Shown here: positions 27,216 to 36,264 of the stretch, piece after piece
Position numbering within the stretch: the stretch's first letter is position 1
Layout of the letters: each line of letters begins with the position of its first letter
DNA from: an uncultured Muribaculaceae bacterium
GTDB lineage: Bacteria > Bacillota_I > Bacilli_A > RF39 > UBA660
Direction: 5' to 3'
NCBI GenBank assembly: GCA_964458035.1
Contig: CAYWFZ010000002.1
Location: 484 to 64,483, forward strand
DNA length: 64,000 nucleotides
Translations under genes and position numbers: made by a program
Notes under the pieces: model-generated
Seen by the model: the letters and a program-made list of their open reading frames with translations, nothing else
Databases searched by the model: none
Told to the model about the DNA's origin: nothing

Positions 27216-28409
27216 TTTGATATACCTGATAATAAATTCGCATCCCTTACCAATTTCACTTTTAACTTTAATTCTACCATTATCCGCCTCAATTATCTCT
27301 TTAGCAAGAGAAAGCCCTATTCCAAATCCATTATCATTATCATTTAACTTATAAAATCTTTCAAATATCTTTTTTATATTTTTCTTTTCAATACCTGCTC
27401 CAAAATCTTTTATACTTACCTCAGTGAATACATCAGTTTGATATGCACTTATTAACACCCTTTTCCCCTCTGGTGAATGTTCAATCGAATTTTTAATAAT
27501 ATTAGTTAAAGCTTCAATTTCCCATTTTTTATCTCCTTTAATGAGTGTTTCATCTGGACAATCAAGTTTAATATCAACATTCTTTAAATCAGCTAACATA
27601 GAAACATTTTTTATAGATTCACTTATAACTTCTCGCAAATTAATATTTTCATGTTTTAACTTAACTGTATTTGTATCAAATTGAGATAACTTTAAAATAT
27701 TATAAACCAAGAAATTAATATTAATTATGTCTCTTTTAATATCCATAATAAATTCGCATCTTACTTCTCTATCCATTTCTGGATTATCTATAATATTATC
27801 AAGTGCAATACTAATAGAAGTAAGTGGTGTTTTAAGTTGATGTGATATGTCAGATAAAGAATTCTTTATACTAACCTTATCGTTTAATGAATTATCTGCG
27901 CTTTCTTTTAACATTACCATTGTCTTGTATATTTCATTCTGTAAAATAGATAAAGCACCTTCACTGTTAGAAATCATATCTAACTTATAATTCTTCTTAT
28001 TAATCTCTTCAACATAATATATTAATCTTTTAATATTTTTATTATTCTTAGATATAAACACGTTTAATACAATTATTAAAATCACTAATAAAAAAAATAT
28101 AAATACTGCATCATATAAATAAAGTTTATTTAATATTCTTTTGCCATATAAACTTATTTGATCATTATAAATATCTATGCCATAAGAGTTTAAAAACGCA
28201 TCATCTATATTTTCTTTACTCAATATATCTATTATTTCTTGATCAGTTATTTCTGGATATTTTTCTCTTACATTATTAATAATGTTTGATACTACCATAT
28301 TAGTTGATTCATTAAATCTATTTATTTGCTTATTAGTAAAAACAAAGATAAAAGATACAGAAATAATAAATACAATAATAAAAGTTATATTAATTCTTTT
28401 TCTATTCAT
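27213..28409 (-). CDS. Sensor histidine kinase
   Basis: 398 aa. Two TM helices, H-box 'SDISHQLKTPLTSI', and an ATPase domain with N, G1 and G2 boxes ('NIIKNSIEHS', 'DFGAGI', 'GFGIGLSLAKE'). Confidence 0.85.
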   Translation of the reverse strand: MNRKRINITFIIVFIISVSFIFVFTNKQINRFNESTNMVVSNIINNVREKYPEITDQEIIDILSKENIDDAFLNSYGIDIYNDQISLYGKRILNKLYLYDAVFIFFLLVILIIVLNVFISKNNKNIKRLIYYVEEINKKNYKLDMISNSEGALSILQNEIYKTMVMLKESADNSLNDKVSIKNSLSDISHQLKTPLTSISIALDNIIDNPEMDREVRCEFIMDIKRDIININFLVYNILKLSQFDTNTVKLKHENINLREVISESIKNVSMLADLKNVDIKLDCPDETLIKGDKKWEIEALTNIIKNSIEHSPEGKRVLISAYQTDVFTEVSIKDFGAGIEKKNIKKIFERFYKLNDNDNGFGIGLSLAKEIIEADNGRIKVKSEIGKGCEFIIRYIK

Positions 28410-29040
28410 GATCTATTCGATACCCGATTCCTTTAAGTGTTTTTATAATATCCGTATCTAGCTTCTCTCTTATTCTTTTCATATATACAGTAATGGTATT
28501 GTCATTTACATCATTTCCCGTCCACTCCCATATATGTTCAAGTAAACTATCTCGTGTAACTACTTTATCTATATTACTAAAAAGTAAATTAAGTATCTTA
28601 AGTTCTAAACTAGATAGATTAACTTCTTTTCCATTTTTATATACAACCATTTTATTTGCATCATACATGATATCTTTAATAGTAATAACGTTTGTACTTT
28701 TATCATTTAATATTCTTTTTATTCTGGCAATTAACTCTCTTGTCGAAAAAGGTTTAGTTATATAGTCACTTGCTCCCATTTCTAAGCCACCTACTATATC
28801 ATCTTCTGAATCTTTAGCAGTCAAGAAAATTGTTTTAATATTCTTAACATAATTTTTATAAAAGTCAAAACCATTTCCATCAGGTAAAGAGACATCTAAA
28901 ATAATCAAGTCTGGATTTTTATTTAAACATTCCAAAGCAGAAGAACAAGTTGAAGCTAAAATAACATCATAGTTATTTTGATTTAAAGCATACATTAATC
29001 CTTTAGCTATTTTTTCATTATCTTCAACCAACAAAATCAT
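28402..29040 (-). CDS. OmpR-family response regulator
   Basis: 212 aa. Receiver domain 'ILLVEDN...LIILDVSLPDGNG...LTAKD' plus a winged-helix C-terminus 'TVYMKRIREKL...IKTLKGIGYRI'. Confidence 0.9.
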   Translation of the reverse strand: MILLVEDNEKIAKGLMYALNQNNYDVILASTCSSALECLNKNPDLIILDVSLPDGNGFDFYKNYVKNIKTIFLTAKDSEDDIVGGLEMGASDYITKPFSTRELIARIKRILNDKSTNVITIKDIMYDANKMVVYKNGKEVNLSSLELKILNLLFSNIDKVVTRDSLLEHIWEWTGNDVNDNTITVYMKRIREKLDTDIIKTLKGIGYRIDHE

Positions 29041-29098
29041 AGAATACCTCCCTAAGATTTATTATATCAAATAAAGAGGGATATTACTCCCCCTTAAG

Positions 29099-31786
29099 TT
29101 AAATATTATCATTTCTAATGGTTTCAATTGTATTTTGTTTACTTATCTTATTTATTGAGTATTTCATAATTACAGTTATTAAAATTAGTACTGCAACAAT
29201 AGAAATGATTACTGCCTTAAATGGATAAATATAATCAAAATCCAAGTCTCCACCAACTAATGCACGATAAATTAAATACGAAAGCAAACTACCAATTGGA
29301 ATACCAATAATTAATGATTTAAAGCCATAGAAAATACTTTCTAGACTAACCATCTTATTAAATTCATGTTTAGTCATACCTACACTTTTTAGAGTTGCAA
29401 ATTCACGAGCACGTAATTCAACACTAGTTGTGATCGTATTAAATATATTAGTTATACCAATAAGAGCAATAACAATTATAAATCCATAAAGGAATATAGC
29501 TACCAATGTGAAAAGTGACTTACTTTCCCTTCTCTGTTTTTCAAAATTAGATACATGATAGTCATTTGCATTAACTAAAACTTTTTCAACTTCATCTTGA
29601 AATTTATCAGGATTTTCTACATCAAGAATCATCTCATAATAATTATCATTAGGTTTAAATTTAGAAATAGTTTCCTCACTTACAATCATGATAGATTGAC
29701 TATAGAAAATATTTTCTTGCCCAAATGGTTTTTTATCGGTAACATATCCAATCTCGATATCTCTGTCTTCCCAGCATGCATCTGGATCCTTATCATCACA
29801 TTCATCATTGTATATATAACCTTCTAGTTTATCTCCAACTTTATAATCAAAAATATCTACTTCATGTGATGTATTGGTACCATTTTTTTCATCATAAGAG
29901 AATACTAAAGTAGTATTTATATTTATAGCTTTATCTTTAACATCTTCATATTTTAGTCCTAAACTATCTATATACTTTCGATATTGATAATCACCTAAGC
30001 TTAGTAAAGAAACTCCCCAAGTCTTACGGTCATCACTCATTATATCTTTTACATAGTCTCCTTCATATTTAAGATACTCATCAGTAAATTTTGGATTTTC
30101 TATAGAATAATTAGAAGACGTATTAATCGCATAATTTTTAATACCATCAATATTCAAAATATCTTTTGCTATAGCATCTGATTTTTTCTTATCATTAATT
30201 TTATAATTTAAACTAATATTATAACTGACATTTTTAAAACTTAAATCAACTGATTTAAATGCTAACATCATAAATGAGTAAAGAGATATAAATACTGCAA
30301 CACAGACAACTATTGATATGACAGTTGTACGATATTTTTTATTATTTCTTTTTAGATTCTTATAAGAAACATCTCCGCCTATTCCAAATAACTTCTTTAT
30401 TATTTTAGGAGACTTAATTTTCTTCGATTTGATTTTAATATCATCACTGTTACGTATCGCAGATATTGGTGAAATCTTACTTGCTTTTCTAGCACTTCTA
30501 ACTGCTGATAAATATATAGTAATAGCACCTAAAATTATAGATAAAATAATCGAACCAACAGACACTTTAAAGATTAAGTCAACACCTATAGAATCTCCAA
30601 TTATAAAAGATGAGACTTTAATTAATACATATGATGCAAAAATACCTGACAAAATACCAATTGGGATAGCAATAAGTCCCAAAACAAATGCTTCATAGAG
30701 TACATTTTTCTTAATCTGTTTTCTCGTTGCTCCAATACTTGCAAGCATTCCATATTGTTTAGTTTTTTCTGTTATTGAAATATTAAAACTATTCTTTATA
30801 CAGTAAATTGATGTAACCATAATTATTAAAGTAACTATAGCAGCAACTGTATAAAGAGCTTTCATTGATGAATCATTTAAATTTTGATATTCTAAAGATA
30901 TTAAGTAGGTATTAGTATTAACTACATCATATCGAGCTTTTTCCATCTCACTTTCAAAAGTTTTCAAAAACTTCTTATATTCATCTTCAGATTCATAAAC
31001 CATTGATGTCATACCTTTTTTATAAATGTCTTTATCAACACCTAAAATATTTGCTGTTACATAATATGGCTCATCTAAATATTTATTCTTATATCTTACA
31101 TACGCTGTATACATTGATTCGTTTGTATCATCTAAACATGTAATAAAAGTATACCCCGGAGCCGAGTAAGGTTCAACCGCATAACTAGGTCTTTCAATTA
31201 TTCCAACAATTTTATATTCTTTATCATATTCCTTCTTAAAATGTTCTAAATCCGCATGATATGGACTTGATTGATCTAGTGGATAATCTTCATCATTTTC
31301 TAAACGTTTACCAATACCTAATTTAATTGTATCACCAACATTTAAATTTACTCGTCCATTAGTTCTCAAATGTTTGGAAATAACTATTTCATTACTGGTT
31401 TGAGGAAGTCTTCCTTCTAAAATATTAAGTTTTACCATTTTATCTAAGGCCTTAAAATCATAAGCTTTAACATAGACAAAAGGTTTATCTTCATTCTTTA
31501 TTCCATCTAGTTTTGAATATCCAATTTCTTTAGAGAAATAAACATCTTCTATATATCGATTATTTTTAAATTTTTCTACATCATTTGATAAAACATGATC
31601 AAAAGCAACATGATAATCACCTGATCTTCTTTTTTCAAATTCTAGCATAGAGCTTTTAAAACTTATAACAAGGCCTGATAAAGCTGTTATAAGTGCAACT
31701 GATAGTATAATACCAACTATTGTAACAATTGTCCTTTTTTTATTTAATACTAAATTCTTCTTAGTAAGTTTGTTAAGCAAGTTCAT
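29099..31786 (-). CDS. Large FtsX-domain ABC transporter permease
   Basis: 895 aa. Two FtsX-type TM bundles separated by large external domains. Confidence 0.8.
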   Translation of the reverse strand: MNLLNKLTKKNLVLNKKRTIVTIVGIILSVALITALSGLVISFKSSMLEFEKRRSGDYHVAFDHVLSNDVEKFKNNRYIEDVYFSKEIGYSKLDGIKNEDKPFVYVKAYDFKALDKMVKLNILEGRLPQTSNEIVISKHLRTNGRVNLNVGDTIKLGIGKRLENDEDYPLDQSSPYHADLEHFKKEYDKEYKIVGIIERPSYAVEPYSAPGYTFITCLDDTNESMYTAYVRYKNKYLDEPYYVTANILGVDKDIYKKGMTSMVYESEDEYKKFLKTFESEMEKARYDVVNTNTYLISLEYQNLNDSSMKALYTVAAIVTLIIMVTSIYCIKNSFNISITEKTKQYGMLASIGATRKQIKKNVLYEAFVLGLIAIPIGILSGIFASYVLIKVSSFIIGDSIGVDLIFKVSVGSIILSIILGAITIYLSAVRSARKASKISPISAIRNSDDIKIKSKKIKSPKIIKKLFGIGGDVSYKNLKRNNKKYRTTVISIVVCVAVFISLYSFMMLAFKSVDLSFKNVSYNISLNYKINDKKKSDAIAKDILNIDGIKNYAINTSSNYSIENPKFTDEYLKYEGDYVKDIMSDDRKTWGVSLLSLGDYQYRKYIDSLGLKYEDVKDKAININTTLVFSYDEKNGTNTSHEVDIFDYKVGDKLEGYIYNDECDDKDPDACWEDRDIEIGYVTDKKPFGQENIFYSQSIMIVSEETISKFKPNDNYYEMILDVENPDKFQDEVEKVLVNANDYHVSNFEKQRRESKSLFTLVAIFLYGFIIVIALIGITNIFNTITTSVELRAREFATLKSVGMTKHEFNKMVSLESIFYGFKSLIIGIPIGSLLSYLIYRALVGGDLDFDYIYPFKAVIISIVAVLILITVIMKYSINKISKQNTIETIRNDNI

Positions 31787-31788
31787 TA

Positions 31789-32460
31789 TTAATCCTCCTT
31801 AACGATTTTACCATCTTCAATTTTTATAATTCTATCAGCAGAAGATGCAATATCCAAATTATGTGTAATCATTACAATTGTTTGATGATACTTTTTGTTA
31901 GATATCTTAAGCAAATCAACTATCTCATCACTTGCTTTAGAGTCTAAGTTTCCAGTTGGTTCATCAGCTAAGATTATTGCTGGATTAGTAATCATTGCTC
32001 TTCCAATGCTTGTTCTTTGTTGTTGACCACCTGAAAGTTCATTTGGTAAATGTTTTCTTCTGTCCATCAAACCAAGAGAATCAAGCAATTCATCTAATCT
32101 CTTTTTATCAACTTTTCTTCCATCGAGTTCCATTGGTAAAGTGATATTTTCTTCTACATTAAGAATAGGTATTAAATTATAAAATTGATAAATTAATCCA
32201 ACTTGTCTTCTTCTAAATATTGCTAGTTTATCATCATTCATATCATAGATATCATTACCATCTATATAGACTTTACCACTAGTTGGTCTATCAACTCCAC
32301 CAATTAAATGTAAAAGTGTTGATTTACCTGAACCCGATGCACCAACTATTGCAACAAATTCCCCCTTCTTAACAGAAAATGATACATTATCAAGTGCTAC
32401 AACTTCATTTTCTCCCTTTCCATATATTTTAGTTAATCCTTCAACTTTTAATAAATCCAT
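31789..32460 (-). CDS. ABC transporter ATP-binding protein (MacB/BceA-like)
   Basis: 223 aa. 'GASGSGKST', 'LSGGQQQR' and 'ILADEPTGNLD'. Confidence 0.9.
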   Translation of the reverse strand: MDLLKVEGLTKIYGKGENEVVALDNVSFSVKKGEFVAIVGASGSGKSTLLHLIGGVDRPTSGKVYIDGNDIYDMNDDKLAIFRRRQVGLIYQFYNLIPILNVEENITLPMELDGRKVDKKRLDELLDSLGLMDRRKHLPNELSGGQQQRTSIGRAMITNPAIILADEPTGNLDSKASDEIVDLLKISNKKYHQTIVMITHNLDIASSADRIIKIEDGKIVKED

Positions 32461-32526
32461 AATATTCCTCCTTGAACACTATCATTATAAATTATCTAAA
32501 GTGACAACTAAGTGACTTTTATTAAA

Positions 32527-35500
32527 TTAATGATTATTATGTAAAGAAAGAGTTTTATATTCTAAATCTCTAGATAAAGTACTATTATGTTCTAGTCTTA
32601 GTTTAAGATAGCCTAAGACATTAATTAATTCATCCCACTCATCATCAGTTAACAAACTTGCATCAGTTACACCAAATATTTCTTCTATTTTTTTTACAGT
32701 TTTAGGTGGAATATCAGTTCCAACACTAGCTAAAATATTTCTAACATCTTCTCTACTTGCTGAATCAATTCTAAAATAATCCTTATACTTTTCTCTTATT
32801 AAATCATATGTAATAAACTTATTTGGTCGAACTCTTGCAAAGGGCCCTTTTCTTCTAATTTTGTCAAAATATCTACGATAATTTTTCTCACTTACAAGAC
32901 CAAATTCTTCATTATGTTTATAATAATATTCTAATACCTCTTCATAAGAAAATTCCTTAGCTTTCGTTATACCTTGTTTATACTTGAGTACAGAAACAGT
33001 AAACTCTCTTATTATTTCACTTACAGAAGAATCACTAAGTTCTGGATGATAATTCTTTACTATTTCACTCTGTGGTAACCTTTTTTCATAATAAAGGAAA
33101 CATAGTTCATAAGCTAAATCTTGATTACCATAGTATGGTATATCCGTATTTCCTGCATAACTCCAAAAATAATCAAAATCAATACCTGTTTTAATACCTT
33201 TCTGTAAGTCACTTAAGTGCATTCTTATTTTTTGCATTAATAGAGTAAATTGATGTGCTGAAAAGCCAAATTTCTTTTCGATCTTTGTTTGAGGTACCTT
33301 ATCTTTATACATCATCTTTAATATTTCACGATCTTCTAAAATAAAATATTTAAGATATGGTTTAATATCAATTTTATATATTACATCCCCTTTTATTTCA
33401 TTATTTAAATATTTCTTTATTGTAACAATACTTTTATATAATCTCTTTCTAGCAATTGGTTCTCTTATTTCATACTTTAAAGCAATATCTGAAATTTTTA
33501 AGAACTCTTCTCCATATAAACCATAAGCATCAATCACTATATTTTTATCTTCCTTACTTAATGGAAGCCTTTTATTTCTTAAAACACTTTCAAGTTCGCA
33601 TCTGTCAATAAAGTCAATCGCCGTCTTAAGTAAACCTATTTTATGGGCTGCTACATGTTCTTTAGCATGTCTAACATAAGAACCAACATTTCTGCTCACT
33701 CCAATTATTGGACCAATATCAATCGGATAATGTTTCTTACCTGTTTCATTATATGAATTCTTTATTCCATAATAAAGAGAAAGAATAAGTTTTTCCCTTT
33801 CAGTTAAGACATTTACTGAAGGGTGCTCATTTATAGCTTCTATAACATCATCTTTAGTTATTTCAACTTGTTCAATCGATAACTTATTAGCAAGATTATA
33901 AAGTCTTCTAACATAATTGCGAACTACTTCTAAATCAACTCCTGTAATCAAAGAAGTTTCATTCGTATTTCTTACTCTTATAAATACCTCCAAAACAGAT
34001 TTTACATCTTCACCATATTTGGCACTACTTAAAACACTTTTTAAAAACTCCTCAGAATAATTCTTTTGTGTACTTGTTATACCAAAGCGATAATAGTCCA
34101 TTACTGAGACTGCATATTTAACTAATTCAGCTACACGTCTAGGAGTAAAGTCTTCGTCATTCTCATACTTTAAAGAAATACTTTCATAAGTCATATCTTC
34201 AAGGAAGAACATTTTTGCAACACTTAAATGTGGTTCGCCTAAAGGTAAATTATCATCCATTAAAACTTCACGATAAATTTTCTTATCAAAGTAATATTGC
34301 CCAATTCCTAAATAAGTATTTATAGCAGTGTTTTTTGATCTTCTAAAATCTCTTTCTGTTATATCTTCATCTTCATTCAAATAAAGAGACATTTCTCTTA
34401 TCGTCATACGAGACGTAAACACTCCATAGTATAGATCAAGTAAATTAATTTCACGTTCCTCTAAAGTCTCTAAAAGTTCATCTCTAACTGATACATATTT
34501 TTCCTTTGTAAAATTATCATTTTTGTAATCCTCAACATTAAATAAAATCAAGAATAATTTATTGATAGCAGAACGATTAGGATTTACTTCTGATTCATCT
34601 ATACTTTTATCTTTTTTAAAAACATAATAATTCAAAAAATCCTTCTGTTTTTCTGTGAATAAATCTTGATTCTCTAAAAATATAGGATAGAGATGAGACA
34701 AGGATATGTCATGAACCCTATATCCATAAAGTGAATAATTCACATCTCTTTCAATATATTCTTTATTTTGAATATTTTTTCTTTGTGGGTATGCAACATC
34801 AGGTTGATAGCAATTGGGAATGCCATAAAACTTCTTTACAATACCCAATAAATAATCATTTACAGGCACATGATTTTCATCAAGTAGTTTAAGTACATCA
34901 TCAAGTGTCTTATCATTAAAGTACTCACGTATAATCTCTTTATAATCAAAAAACTCAGTAATATCAGAGTCTATTTCTAAATTATATATTTTATTTTTAT
35001 AATGTCCAAATAAATTATTTTTAAATAAATAAAAGTGTGGATCAGAATAGCTATCATGAATAAGCTTTTTTATTTTTTCAAAGCATGCCTCAACATATGA
35101 TTTATCTTCATCTATTTCTAATGCAACATAATCAGGATCGAACTCCATTTTACCAAGTAATATTTCATTTAAAATAAATTGATCTTTTTCCTTAAAATTA
35201 TCTTTTAAGAAAAAATACATTATATAGTTCTCTATTTGGCAAGGTTCTACTTTTATTTTATCGTAATTATAATTTTTTTTAACTTCATCTAGATATTCTT
35301 TTTTTAAATAACCATCATCAGTAAACATTTTCCTAACAGTACTTTTTATACTTCCTTCAACTTGACGTACTCTTTCTTTAGTAATACCTAAGTATTCACT
35401 CATTTCTTCTAGTGTTTTCGTTCTTTTATTTAATACACGATGATACAGTATTAAATATTCATAATCGGACAGTTTAATCTTTAACGTTTTTAAGATTTCT

Positions 35501-36177
35501 TCAACAACTATTTTATTAAGCAAATCATCAATAGAAGTATTTTCCCCTGTAATAAAATCTCCTAAAGTATCTTTATCTGCATCAGAGCTATCAACCGGAG
35601 CATCTAACCATGCAGCTTCAAATTTATAGTCTTCTTCTATCTTGCTTAAAGTAAGATCACTTATTTTAAGTATTCTACAAATTTCACTTCTAGATGGTAC
35701 TTCTTCTCCAGTTTTTTCATATTTATTCATAAATTTTTTATATCTTGTCATAGCCTCTTCAAGATACGCAGGTCTTCTTATAAGTCTTTGATTGTTATAA
35801 CGATAATAACTTATTTCTTTTTGTATTTGATATTCAGCATGAGTAGAAAAAGCAGTACCTCTATTAATATCGAAAGTTTCAACAGCTTTAATAAGACCAA
35901 TAATACCCGATTGTATATAATCAAGTTTCTCTTCTGCACGTAAGACATTCCCTAGCCCAAAAACTTTTGAAATTACCAAATTAATATTTTTATTAACTAT
36001 TAAATCTTTAATCTCGGCATTACCACTAAAATACTCCTGTAACATTTCATCATTTTCTTCACGAGTAGCAGTTTTATATCTTTTAATGATTCTTAAGAAA
36101 TCATTTAAACAACTATCTGATAAAAAATCATCATAATCAATATTTTGTACGTCTGAATTAAATTTATCCATAGACAT
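32527..36177 (-). CDS. Giant sigma-70 family protein: N-terminal sigma2-sigma3-sigma4 core plus a roughly 930-aa extension of repeated sigma4-like HTH modules
   Basis: 1216 aa. Region 2 is 'LVISKVFG...YIQSGIIGLIKAVETFDINRGTAFSTHAEYQIQKEI'. Region 4 is 'LSDYEYLILYHRV...TLEEMSEYLGITKERVRQVEGSIKSTVRKM'. Later segments repeat the pattern, e.g. 'LTEREKLILSLYYGI...' and 'LEEREINLLDLYYGV...TIREMSLYL'. Confidence 0.7.
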   Translation of the reverse strand: MSMDKFNSDVQNIDYDDFLSDSCLNDFLRIIKRYKTATREENDEMLQEYFSGNAEIKDLIVNKNINLVISKVFGLGNVLRAEEKLDYIQSGIIGLIKAVETFDINRGTAFSTHAEYQIQKEISYYRYNNQRLIRRPAYLEEAMTRYKKFMNKYEKTGEEVPSRSEICRILKISDLTLSKIEEDYKFEAAWLDAPVDSSDADKDTLGDFITGENTSIDDLLNKIVVEEILKTLKIKLSDYEYLILYHRVLNKRTKTLEEMSEYLGITKERVRQVEGSIKSTVRKMFTDDGYLKKEYLDEVKKNYNYDKIKVEPCQIENYIMYFFLKDNFKEKDQFILNEILLGKMEFDPDYVALEIDEDKSYVEACFEKIKKLIHDSYSDPHFYLFKNNLFGHYKNKIYNLEIDSDITEFFDYKEIIREYFNDKTLDDVLKLLDENHVPVNDYLLGIVKKFYGIPNCYQPDVAYPQRKNIQNKEYIERDVNYSLYGYRVHDISLSHLYPIFLENQDLFTEKQKDFLNYYVFKKDKSIDESEVNPNRSAINKLFLILFNVEDYKNDNFTKEKYVSVRDELLETLEEREINLLDLYYGVFTSRMTIREMSLYLNEDEDITERDFRRSKNTAINTYLGIGQYYFDKKIYREVLMDDNLPLGEPHLSVAKMFFLEDMTYESISLKYENDEDFTPRRVAELVKYAVSVMDYYRFGITSTQKNYSEEFLKSVLSSAKYGEDVKSVLEVFIRVRNTNETSLITGVDLEVVRNYVRRLYNLANKLSIEQVEITKDDVIEAINEHPSVNVLTEREKLILSLYYGIKNSYNETGKKHYPIDIGPIIGVSRNVGSYVRHAKEHVAAHKIGLLKTAIDFIDRCELESVLRNKRLPLSKEDKNIVIDAYGLYGEEFLKISDIALKYEIREPIARKRLYKSIVTIKKYLNNEIKGDVIYKIDIKPYLKYFILEDREILKMMYKDKVPQTKIEKKFGFSAHQFTLLMQKIRMHLSDLQKGIKTGIDFDYFWSYAGNTDIPYYGNQDLAYELCFLYYEKRLPQSEIVKNYHPELSDSSVSEIIREFTVSVLKYKQGITKAKEFSYEEVLEYYYKHNEEFGLVSEKNYRRYFDKIRRKGPFARVRPNKFITYDLIREKYKDYFRIDSASREDVRNILASVGTDIPPKTVKKIEEIFGVTDASLLTDDEWDELINVLGYLKLRLEHNSTLSRDLEYKTLSLHNNH

Positions 36178-36232
36178 TTCTCCAATTGTTTGTATTTTAC
36201 CAAATAAATACTCAATTGTCTTTAAAATTTAT

Positions 36233-36264
36233 GAAAAAAGAATTAACATCTATAATGTTAATTC
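36233..36264 (-). terminator. Rho-independent terminator closing the 39028-36250 operon
   Basis: Perfect 10-bp stem GAATTAACAT (36240-36249) / ATGTTAATTC (36255-36264) spanning the stop codon. On the minus strand it is followed by a U-run (plus-strand A-run 36234-36239). Confidence 0.7.

Noticed and set aside
32461-32526. Possible terminator between the sigma gene and the ABC ATPase gene
   Set aside because: The conspicuous AAGTGAC...AAGTGAC elements are direct repeats, not inverted. Only a weak 5-bp AAAGT/ACTTT stem with a 12-nt loop can form, so I did not call a terminator.
32527-36177. Interpreting the 1216-aa protein as the primary housekeeping sigma (SigA/RpoD)
   Set aside because: Regions 2.4 and 4.2 are much more divergent than in Firmicute SigA, there is no dnaG-sigA context, and the length is about 3 times that of SigA. 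It is more likely an alternative or specialised sigma-family protein.
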